From the NCBI GenBank assembly GCA_035262625.1, contig DATFSM010000025.1:3038-67037 (forward strand): 64,000 nt of DNA, given 5' to 3'. Position numbers and translations under genes: made by a program. Origin of the DNA: Bryobacteraceae bacterium (lineage in GTDB: Bacteria > Acidobacteriota > Terriglobia > Bryobacterales > Bryobacteraceae). This document shows positions 1-7,518 of the stretch, one piece after another (the first letter of the stretch is position 1; each line of letters opens with the position of its first letter). The notes beneath the pieces were generated by a model. The model had not been told where the DNA came from. It saw only the letters and a program-made list of their open reading frames with translations, and searched no databases.

Positions 1-2733
1 ACCCGGGATCTGAAACTCGCCGGAGGCTGGGGCCGGATCGCCCGACTCGACGTGCGGAGAGACGAAATCGACCAGCTGCCGAATGCGGCCGATCGCGAGA
101 TCATTTCTACTCTGATCGGCGGCGTACGAACTTACGACCTGTCTTACGGGATGCGCAGCTCGATCCCGGATGTGAATGGCCTCGTTGCGACGCTTGCGGC
201 AAGGCTCGTGCCGCAAATCGCGCAGACGGGCCGGATGTTCATTCGGACCGATGCTGCCGGGCAGGATCTCTCGTCCCTCGAATGGGACGACGGCGGCGAG
301 TGGGGATTCGGTCTTCAGATCCGGCAGGGGCAATATCGATGGGCGCTTCATGGAGTACTGATCCGGAATCGCGACGGCGAAGAGGAGCGGATGGACCTCG
401 CTTCCGCGGCGCTTGTGGTTCCCGGGTTCGTTTTCACTCGCGACAAAGTCGCCCTCCTGGCTGCGGATGCGCCGTTCGAGTGGATTTCGTACCTGCGGCG
501 CGCGGGGACGATCGAAGCGCCGGACCACGATCGCGAGGAATTCCTGACCGCGCTTCTTAACTCGCCGCGGCTGCCGCATCTGGAGGTTCCGGATGAATTG
601 AAATTCGATGAGGTTTCTCTCCCAGCCCGCCCGTTCCTGAAAATCACCGGCGCGGCTGCCGGTTCGGCCCTGGGGCGATTACGCGGCGATCTGATGTTCG
701 ACTACGGCGGACGTCTGGTCAGCGACAGCGCGTCGGGATCCGGCGTCTTCGACGCCAACTCGCGGCAGTTTATTCGTCGGGACGGCGCTGCGGAGAGGAC
801 CGCGGCATCTCAGCTATCCGACCTGGGGCTGCGCCACACAACGCCCTACCTGGAACAGCCCTCGTGGGATATACCAGCGTCCAAGCTGCCACGCGTCGTT
901 CGCGCGCTGGTCGGAAGCGGATGGCATGTCGAGGCCGAAGGAAAGGCGTTCCGCAAGCCTGGCGCGTTCCGAGTGGAAGTATCGAGTGGTCTGGATTGGT
1001 TCGAACTGCACGGCGAGGTGGACTATGGCGAATCGACCGCGCGACTTCCGGAGCTTCTGGAAGCCCTGCGCAGGGGCGAGAGCATGGTGCGGCTGAGCGA
1101 TGGCGGCTACGGCATGCTGCCGGAAGAGTGGCTCAGGAAGTTCGGTCTCATCGCTGGACTAGGCGAGGCGGTCCGGAGCGACGACGACGGGCACATCCGA
1201 TTTCGCAGAAGTCAGGCGGGGCTGCTTGACGCGCTGCTTGCGGCGCAACCCGAAGCGAAGGTGGACGAGGTCTTCGCGCGCGTTCGGGAACAGTTGCAGA
1301 CATTTCGCGGCGTTGAGGCGGCTCCGCAACCGCCCGGCTTCGAAGGACATCTGCGCGATTACCAGCGAGAGGGCGTGGGCTGGATGGACTTCCTCCGCCG
1401 CTTTTCGTTCGGCGGATGCCTCGCGGACGACATGGGCGTTGGCAAGACAGCGCAAATGCTGGCGACGCTGGAGTATCGGCGAGTCTTGCGGGAGGAGGGC
1501 GAGGATATCGGGCCGTCCCTCGTGGTGGTCCCGAAATCGCTGGTCTTCAACTGGAAGCAGGAAGCGGCGCGGTTTACGCCGCGGCTGCGGGTGATCGACT
1601 ACACCGGAACCGGCCGGTCCGGAACCGACCTGACATCCGCCGATCTGGTTCTGACGACTTACGGGACCCTGCGCCGCGATATCGCTCAGCTCAAGGATTT
1701 CGCCTTCGATTACGTGGTGCTCGATGAAGCGCAGGCGATCAAGAACGCAGGTTCGGAATCCGCCAAAGCCGTCCGGCTATTGAACGGGCGGCATCGCATC
1801 GCGATGAGCGGAACGCCCGTAGAAAACCACTTGGGCGAGCTTTGGTCGCTCTTCGATTTCCTCAACCCCGGCATGCTGGGCTCGGCAAGCGTGCTCAAGC
1901 TTTCGGGAGGCGCGGCGCGGAATCCTGACGAGGACACGCGAAAGCTGCTGGCGCAGGCGCTGCGGCCGTTCATACTGCGCCGCACCAAGGATCAGGTCGC
2001 CCGCGAACTGCCTCCGCGCACCGAGCAAACCATCTACTGCGAGCTCGAACCGCCACAGCGCAAGCTCTATAACGAGCTGCGACAGCATTATCGGGACGGA
2101 TTACTGAAGCGAGTCGAGACGCACGGCCTGAAGAAATCCAGCTTTCAGGTTCTGGAAGCGCTTTTGCGGCTTCGGCAGGCCGCTTGCCATCCGGGGCTGA
2201 TCGATAAGAAGCGGGCCGCTGAGGCGAGCGCCAAGCTCGACACCCTGATGCTGCAGTTGCGCGAAGTACTTGAAGAGAACCACAAGGCCCTGGTCTTTTC
2301 GCAGTTCACGAGCCTGCTGGATATCGTTCGAAAGAAACTAGACGCAGAGGGGACGGTCTACGAATACCTCGACGGCGCCACCCGCGATCGCGAAGCGCGG
2401 GTCGAGCGGTTCCAGAACGATGAGGACTGCAAGCTGTTCCTCATCAGCCTGAAAGCCGGGGGCGTAGGGCTCAATCTCACCGCCGCGGAGTACGTCTTTC
2501 TCCTGGACCCCTGGTGGAACCCCGCCGTGGAAATGCAGGCAATGGACCGCGCCCACCGCATTGGTCAGACCCGGCATGTTTTCGCGTATCGGCTGATTGC
2601 CCGCGACACGGTGGAAGAGAAGGTTCTCGAGCTTCAGAAATCCAAACGCGATCTGGCGTCGGCCATTGTGAGCGCCGATAATAGCCTGATCCGGAATCTC
2701 CGGCCGGAAGACCTCGAACTCCTGCTTTCCTAA
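1..2733 (+). CDS. SNF2/Swi2-family helicase, probably 5'-truncated by the window edge
   Basis: The ORF track gives 52..2733 (GTG), but the same frame has no stop back to nt 1, so the gene may start upstream. Helicase motifs seen: DDMGVGKT (I), LDEAQAIKN (II), SGTPVENHL, DRAHRIGQ (VI). There is a long non-helicase N-terminal half, as in bacterial SNF2-associated-domain proteins. Confidence 0.9.
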   Translation, partial: TRDLKLAGGWGRIARLDVRRDEIDQLPNAADREIISTLIGGVRTYDLSYGMRSSIPDVNGLVATLAARLVPQIAQTGRMFIRTDAAGQDLSSLEWDDGGEWGFGLQIRQGQYRWALHGVLIRNRDGEEERMDLASAALVVPGFVFTRDKVALLAADAPFEWISYLRRAGTIEAPDHDREEFLTALLNSPRLPHLEVPDELKFDEVSLPARPFLKITGAAAGSALGRLRGDLMFDYGGRLVSDSASGSGVFDANSRQFIRRDGAAERTAASQLSDLGLRHTTPYLEQPSWDIPASKLPRVVRALVGSGWHVEAEGKAFRKPGAFRVEVSSGLDWFELHGEVDYGESTARLPELLEALRRGESMVRLSDGGYGMLPEEWLRKFGLIAGLGEAVRSDDDGHIRFRRSQAGLLDALLAAQPEAKVDEVFARVREQLQTFRGVEAAPQPPGFEGHLRDYQREGVGWMDFLRRFSFGGCLADDMGVGKTAQMLATLEYRRVLREEGEDIGPSLVVVPKSLVFNWKQEAARFTPRLRVIDYTGTGRSGTDLTSADLVLTTYGTLRRDIAQLKDFAFDYVVLDEAQAIKNAGSESAKAVRLLNGRHRIAMSGTPVENHLGELWSLFDFLNPGMLGSASVLKLSGGAARNPDEDTRKLLAQALRPFILRRTKDQVARELPPRTEQTIYCELEPPQRKLYNELRQHYRDGLLKRVETHGLKKSSFQVLEALLRLRQAACHPGLIDKKRAAEASAKLDTLMLQLREVLEENHKALVFSQFTSLLDIVRKKLDAEGTVYEYLDGATRDREARVERFQNDEDCKLFLISLKAGGVGLNLTAAEYVFLLDPWWNPAVEMQAMDRAHRIGQTRHVFAYRLIARDTVEEKVLELQKSKRDLASAIVSADNSLIRNLRPEDLELLLS

Positions 2734-2810
2734 CGGAATCCTGACTACTTTGTGGATCGTCCAGCGCGTTCGCGCGTCTGAGATCTGCCGTTAGCAGGAA
2801 AGGAGTCGTT

Positions 2811-3428
2811 ATGAGTTTTCCAGCCCGCGTCCTTCTCGGGTTTGCGCTGATCGCCCCGCTCGCCGCGCAGCGCGACGCGGCGCAACTCGATTCGAAGCAG
2901 CAGGCGCAACTAAAACTCGCCCGGGAAGTCTACAAAGACATCGTTACCAACACGAACTACGGCGTTTTCGATGACATTCATTTCGGGCTCAAAGGAGACA
3001 CGGTGATCCTGCGGGGGCAGGCGTCGCGTCCGATTCTGAAATCGACCATCGAGAATACGGTTAAGAAGATTGAGGGGATTTCAAAGATCGAGAACGAAAT
3101 CGCGGTTTTGCCGTTGTCCCCCAACGACGACCGAATACGCGCACAGGTTTACGCGTCCCTCTATTCGTTTCCAACGCTGCAAAAGTACACCTCAAATCGC
3201 GCTGGTTTTACGGGGATGACGGTTGCGCGGCGGGCAGGCGGAATTACCAATGATCCCCCGATTGGATATCACGCGATCCACATCATTGTGCAGAACGGCA
3301 ACGTCCGGCTGGTGGGGGTTGTAGATAATGAAGCGGATTCGAACGTGGCCGAAATCCGCGCGAATACGGTCAGCGGCGTTTTCAGCGTGGACAACGACAT
3401 TCAGGTCGCCAAACCACCGCAGAAGTAA
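2811..3428 (+). CDS. secreted BON-domain protein (two BON-like repeats)
   Basis: Signal peptide MSFPARVLLGFALIAPLAAQ. Two repeats of the BON pattern are present (GDTVILRGQASRPILKSTIENTVKKIEGISKIENEIAV and GNVRLVGVVDNEADSNVAEIRANTVSGVFSVDNDIQV). AGGAAAGGAG lies upstream of the ATG. Confidence 0.75.
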   Translation: MSFPARVLLGFALIAPLAAQRDAAQLDSKQQAQLKLAREVYKDIVTNTNYGVFDDIHFGLKGDTVILRGQASRPILKSTIENTVKKIEGISKIENEIAVLPLSPNDDRIRAQVYASLYSFPTLQKYTSNRAGFTGMTVARRAGGITNDPPIGYHAIHIIVQNGNVRLVGVVDNEADSNVAEIRANTVSGVFSVDNDIQVAKPPQK

Positions 3429-3881
3429 TCAGAACGCGATCAGATCCTTCTTCGCTTCGATTTTCTTTGGATCGACACCCGTCACCTTTTCGAGCGCCGC
3501 CAAATCTTTGAAGTTGCCATTGGCTTTGCGGAAGCTGACAATCGCCTCCGCTTCAGCGGCTGTGAGTTGAAGCGCGTTCTTCAATTGATCGGCGGTCGCC
3601 GTATTGACATTGGTTTTTTCTGCGGGGAAGTATACGGCCAGGTAATCGGCCACTACGTCGATCTGCTCCGGAGTCACGTTCGCGCCCTTTTTCACCATGC
3701 GGTTGACCGTGGCTTTCCAGTCAGCGGCCGACATTCCGGACTGTACTACCTGATCGAGCCCGTGGCATTCGGAACATGCGCTTTCGACGGTCGCTTTGGC
3801 TTTCCCGTCCGGCAGGACGACGTCCTGCGCAAAGGCTGAGAACCCGATCATAAAAACAGCCGTGACTGCGATGGTGCGCAT
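3429..3881 (-). CDS. periplasmic c-type cytochrome domain fused to a ComEA-like helix-hairpin-helix domain
   Basis: An internal ATG at 3881 gives signal peptide MRTIAVTAVFMIGFSAFAQD. The longer 255-aa ORF would overlap the divergent LLM gene. A heme motif CSECH is followed by W..TVNRM. The C-terminal half, NVNTATADQL...AEAIVSFRKANGNFKDLAALEKVTGV, is ComEA-type HhH. Confidence 0.7.
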   Translation of the reverse strand: MRTIAVTAVFMIGFSAFAQDVVLPDGKAKATVESACSECHGLDQVVQSGMSAADWKATVNRMVKKGANVTPEQIDVVADYLAVYFPAEKTNVNTATADQLKNALQLTAAEAEAIVSFRKANGNFKDLAALEKVTGVDPKKIEAKKDLIAF

Positions 3882-3950
3882 GCCCCTAGAGTATCGTCTG
3901 AACGCCTGCGGGCGGGAATCGCGCGAGGCAGTGGGCGCATCGAAGGGGGG

Positions 3951-4925
3951 TTGAGTCTTCGTCTTGGCGTTCTGGATCAATCGCCTGTGCCGGCAGGATC
4001 GTCGGTTGGCGAGGCGCTCCGAAATTCGATCGACCTTGCGCGGCTGACGGACAGCCTGGGCTATCAGCGTTACTGGCTGGCCGAACATCACGGCGCAGCA
4101 TCCCTCGCGTGTGCGAGTCCGGAGGCGATGATTGGGCCGGTCGCCGCTGCTACGAAGAACCTGCGGGTCGGGAGCGGCGGGATTATGCTGCCGCACTACA
4201 GCCCTCTGAAGGTCGCCGAGACTTTCAGCATGCTGAACGGCCTGTACGACGGGCGGATCGACTTGGGGATCGGGCGGGCGCCGGGAACCAGCGGGCGTAT
4301 CGCGCGGGCCTTGCAGCGCGATCGCAGGAATCCGCCCCCGGACGACTTCCTCGATCAGTTCGAAGAGCTTCAGTCGTACTTCGCCAACGCGCGAACCGAA
4401 ATTCCGATCTCCTTCACCAGACCGGAACTATGGCTGCTTGGCTCGTCCGAGCAGAGCGCCGTCTGGGCGGCCGAACGGGGACTTCGGTATGCGTTCGCGG
4501 ACTTCATCAACCCCGAAGGGGCTCCTCTCGCCGCCTGGTATCAGGATCGCTTCGTCGCCTCACAAGAAGTACTTGCGCCGAAGACATCTGTCGCGCTTTC
4601 AGTAATTTGCGCGGAGACAGACACGGCGGCCCAGCGGCTCGCATCGAGCGTCCGAATGATGCTCGTGCTGATGTTCAGGGGCCGTACAGTTCCGGTTCCT
4701 CCGGTCGAGGAGGCGGAGGAATTCCTGCGGTCCGAAGGGGTACCGGCCGAGTTGTTACCAGTCGGGCGGCGTCTGATTGTGGGCTCGCCGGCGACAGTAG
4801 TCCCGGAAATTCATCGGGTTGCCGCGGAGTATGGGGCGAAGGAGGCCTTGGTCGTCACCATCACACACAGTCATGAGGCGCGCCGCCGGTCTTACGAACT
4901 GATCGCCCGCGAAGCGGCTCAGTAG
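3951..4925 (+). CDS. LLM-class (luciferase-like) flavin-dependent oxidoreductase
   Basis: The N-terminus LGVLDQSPV....A...SIDLARLTDSLGYQRYWLAEHHG is typical of the family. TTG start preceded by AAGGGGGG. Confidence 0.85.
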   Translation: MSLRLGVLDQSPVPAGSSVGEALRNSIDLARLTDSLGYQRYWLAEHHGAASLACASPEAMIGPVAAATKNLRVGSGGIMLPHYSPLKVAETFSMLNGLYDGRIDLGIGRAPGTSGRIARALQRDRRNPPPDDFLDQFEELQSYFANARTEIPISFTRPELWLLGSSEQSAVWAAERGLRYAFADFINPEGAPLAAWYQDRFVASQEVLAPKTSVALSVICAETDTAAQRLASSVRMMLVLMFRGRTVPVPPVEEAEEFLRSEGVPAELLPVGRRLIVGSPATVVPEIHRVAAEYGAKEALVVTITHSHEARRRSYELIAREAAQ

Positions 4926-4928
4926 CCG

Positions 4929-4956
4929 GGAACATTGCTTCGGAAGCCGGAGTCTA
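4929..4956 (+). promoter_or_regulatory. possible ECF-type autoregulatory promoter (GGAAC-N18-GTCTA)
   Basis: GGAAC at 4929-4933 and GTCTA at 4952-4956 lie about 30 nt upstream of the ECF sigma start codon. The motif type is known from ECF sigma regulons, but the spacing and consensus for this group are unknown. Confidence 0.35.
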
Positions 4957-4983
4957 TAATTGTGAAGGCACTCTCGCGTCCTC

Positions 4984-5649
4984 ATGACCGGCGCCTATCT
5001 CAACCTCAATTCGAGCCTTACACCGGAGCAGGAGGCCGAACTCGAAGATGTCCGCCTGATTGAAGGGCTCCGGGCGGCGGATGAAACCGCTTACGAAGAT
5101 CTGATCCGGCGCTTCCAGGGTCCGGTCTACAACCTGGCCTGGAGGCTTCTCGACGATCCGTCGGACGCAAGTGACGTCGTTCAGGAGGTTTTCCTCAAAG
5201 TCTTCCGCAACGTGGGCAGCTTTCGAGGCGACAGCAGCCTGCGGACCTGGGTCTACCGGATTGCGGTAAACGAATCTCACAACCGGCGCCGATGGCTATT
5301 CCGCCATCGCCGGGGCGAGACTGCGATCGACGAGACTTACGAGGATTGCGAAACGCACGAAAGGCCGCTCGTCCACGAGGGCGAAACGCCCTTCGACTTC
5401 ACGATGAACCGGGAGGCGCAGATTCTCCTCGAAGAGGGCCTGGAAGCCATCAATCCGGTGTTTCGCACGGCACTGGTACTGCGCGAAATCGAAGATCTGA
5501 GTTATGAGGAGATCGCGGCCGTTCTCGAGGTCTCGATTGGAACCGTAAAATCACGAATCCTGCGGGGGCGCGAGGCCCTCCGCCGGTATCTCGCGAGCCG
5601 GCTGGAAGGCGCGTCCGCGATGCAACTGGTACCGAGGACTGCGAAGTAA
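4984..5649 (+). CDS. ECF-subfamily RNA polymerase sigma-70 factor
   Basis: Region 2 (VYNLAWRLLDDPSDASDVVQEVFLKVFRN...WVYRIAVNES) and region 4 (LVLREIEDLSYEEIAAVLEVSIGTVKSRILRGREAL) are both present. Confidence 0.92.
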   Translation: MTGAYLNLNSSLTPEQEAELEDVRLIEGLRAADETAYEDLIRRFQGPVYNLAWRLLDDPSDASDVVQEVFLKVFRNVGSFRGDSSLRTWVYRIAVNESHNRRRWLFRHRRGETAIDETYEDCETHERPLVHEGETPFDFTMNREAQILLEEGLEAINPVFRTALVLREIEDLSYEEIAAVLEVSIGTVKSRILRGREALRRYLASRLEGASAMQLVPRTAK

Positions 5650-6335
5650 TGGAAGACTTTACCTGCAAGAGTGTACGCCGGTCCATGTGGGACTACGTCG
5701 CCGGGCAACTGGAGGAGGTCGACAGCCACGGCGTGCGTTATCACATTCAAGACTGCCGCGAGTGCGAACTCCACCGCGTTGAAGTGCGTTCGTTGAGGAC
5801 CGGACTGCGCCATCTGCCGGAAGCGCAGGTTCCCTCGATGCTGGGAACCAGGCTCCGCGTACTCGCCTCGCGGGAGCATGCGCGCCAGGTGCGCCGCCGC
5901 GATTTCCAGACGCGTTTCCAGGATTTCCGCAGGCGGTTCAAAGTGTCTTTTGACAACCTGCTTAAGCCTTTCGCCGTCCCCGCCGCGGGGGGAATTCTCG
6001 CTTCGTTCCTCTGTTTCGGCGTAATTCTTGGCAACTTCTACGTCGTGCCGGACTGGCAGAACGATCTGCCGATCGGCGTATCGACCGATGTGTCTATAGA
6101 CGAGTTGTCGCCATTCGATTGCGGCCGCAAAGACGTTCTCGTGAAACTGAGCGTGGACTCAGAAGGGCACGTCACCGACTACGAACTGCAACCGGATAAA
6201 CATGCCTCGCCCGAAGAGATGCAGGAGATCGGAAACCTCGTTCTCTACAGCACCTTCAATCCGGCGGTGCGCTCGGGCCGGCGCGTCTCGAGCAAGCGGC
6301 TGTTCTTCATGAGCCACATCAGCGTCCGGGGCTGA
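5649..6335 (+). CDS. membrane anti-sigma factor (zf-HC2) with TonB-C-like periplasmic domain
   Basis: TAATG overlap with the sigma gene. The N-terminal C...W.Y..G.L...H...C..C pattern is zf-HC2. One TM segment (FAVPAAGGILASFLCFGVILGNF). The C-terminal ~90 aa (VLVKLSVDSEGHVTDYEL...STFNPAVRSGRRV) resembles the TonB C-terminal fold. Confidence 0.7.
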   Translation: MEDFTCKSVRRSMWDYVAGQLEEVDSHGVRYHIQDCRECELHRVEVRSLRTGLRHLPEAQVPSMLGTRLRVLASREHARQVRRRDFQTRFQDFRRRFKVSFDNLLKPFAVPAAGGILASFLCFGVILGNFYVVPDWQNDLPIGVSTDVSIDELSPFDCGRKDVLVKLSVDSEGHVTDYELQPDKHASPEEMQEIGNLVLYSTFNPAVRSGRRVSSKRLFFMSHISVRG

Positions 6336-6342
6336 AAGAGGG

Positions 6343-7119
6343 GTGGCTCGCCAGAAGCTCGGGCAGCACTTTCTGGCTAGTGCGGGAACTCTCGAAAAAA
6401 TTGCGTTAGCAGCCTGCGGGCCCGGGGTCGACCTTGCGGTGGAAATCGGTCCGGGCAAAGGCGCGCTCACGGAGCGGCTGCTGGCTCACGCGCAGCGCGT
6501 GGTCGCGTTCGAGTTGGATCGTGAACTGGCGGCGTATTTGGTGGAACGGTGGGCCGATGAGCCGCGCCTGAACGTTCGTCAGGCCGATGCGCTCACGGTG
6601 GATTTCGCCAAATGGCCGGACGAGCGAAACGCGGTGCTGGCGGGCAACCTGCCGTACTATGCCGCGACCGCGATCATCTCGCGATTCCTTCGTGCCCCTG
6701 GCGATCTTCGGCATGGGACTTTTCTGATTCAGAAGGAGGTGGCGGACCGAATCGCCGCGCGACCCGGAACACGGGACTACGGATATCTGACCGTCGAGTG
6801 CGAGTACCTCGCAAATGTGGAATACCTCTTCACCGTGCCTCCCGGGGCGTTCCGCCCGCCGCCCAAGGTGAACTCCGCGGTTGTACGGCTGACGCCACGG
6901 CAGACCGGGGGAACGGAGGAATCCAAAGCATTCCTCGATTTCGCGAGCGCCTGCTTCCGCCAGAAGAGGAAGACTCTGCGTAACAATCTCAGCGGACGCT
7001 ACGATCTCTGGGAACTTCCTCGCGACCCCCGGCTGACCAAACGGGCGGAGGAACTGAGCGTCGGCGAGCTTCTCTCTCTGTTCGAGAGCGTCGCTGCAGC
7101 GCCGCGGACGCCGCGATGA
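6343..7119 (+). CDS. rsmA: 16S rRNA (adenine1518/1519-N6)-dimethyltransferase
   Basis: KLGQHFL N-terminus, the SAM motif VEIGPGKGALTE, and NLPY. GTG start with GAAAGAGG upstream. Confidence 0.92.
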   Translation: MARQKLGQHFLASAGTLEKIALAACGPGVDLAVEIGPGKGALTERLLAHAQRVVAFELDRELAAYLVERWADEPRLNVRQADALTVDFAKWPDERNAVLAGNLPYYAATAIISRFLRAPGDLRHGTFLIQKEVADRIAARPGTRDYGYLTVECEYLANVEYLFTVPPGAFRPPPKVNSAVVRLTPRQTGGTEESKAFLDFASACFRQKRKTLRNNLSGRYDLWELPRDPRLTKRAEELSVGELLSLFESVAAAPRTPR

Positions 7120-7498
7120 AGCTAAGTCCGCAGGCGACCAAAACCCAGAGTTCCGGTTCGGGAACCCGAGATGCGACCGCACTGGTGGTCACCATATCCG
7201 GAATGGGCGACGTTGTCCCGCCGGAAACCGTATTCGAGAGGAATGACGGCGCGAAGTCGTCCCAATCGTTCTCTGCGAAGCCGAGCTCCGAGTCTCCAAC
7301 GAAATCGTAAATTGTGTTCTTTGCGAACATGAATCCCTCAGACGTTGCGTCCCACCGGAACCATATCTCGAGATCCTCTGAACTGCCCGCATGGGGCGCA
7401 GCCAGCGTATTCACTGTCTCGGCCGAACTAACTCCAGGGAAGGCCCAGAGCATCGCGGCGATTCCGAGACAGAATACTGCCGATTTCCCAAAATCCAT
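6989..7498 (-). CDS. small secreted PEP-CTERM-motif protein
   Basis: Signal peptide MDFGKSAVFCLGIAAMLWAFPGVSSA from the ATG at 7498 (an alternative ATG is at 7534). Near the C-terminus, VPEP + hydrophobic helix + RRSR is a PEP-CTERM signal, but a 30-aa tail follows it. The 3' part overlaps rsmA on the opposite strand. Confidence 0.6.
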   Translation of the reverse strand: MDFGKSAVFCLGIAAMLWAFPGVSSAETVNTLAAPHAGSSEDLEIWFRWDATSEGFMFAKNTIYDFVGDSELGFAENDWDDFAPSFLSNTVSGGTTSPIPDMVTTSAVASRVPEPELWVLVACGLSFIAASAALQRRSRTEREARRRSVPPPVWSAGGREEVPRDRSVR

Positions 7499-7518
7499 TC
7501 GATAGCGACTACGCGGTA

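Noticed and set aside
3882-4196. N-terminal 105-aa extension of the cytochrome/HhH ORF (track ORF 3429..4196)
   Set aside because: The extension is Arg-rich with no domain and overlaps the divergent LLM oxidoreductase gene. The ATG at 3881 gives a proper signal peptide.
4955-4960. Perfect TATAAT hexamer upstream of the ECF sigma gene
   Set aside because: The nearest TTG-containing -35 candidate (TTGCTT, 4935-4940) is only 14 nt away. The same bases fit an ECF-type GGAAC-N18-GTCTA promoter better, so I did not call a sigma70 promoter.
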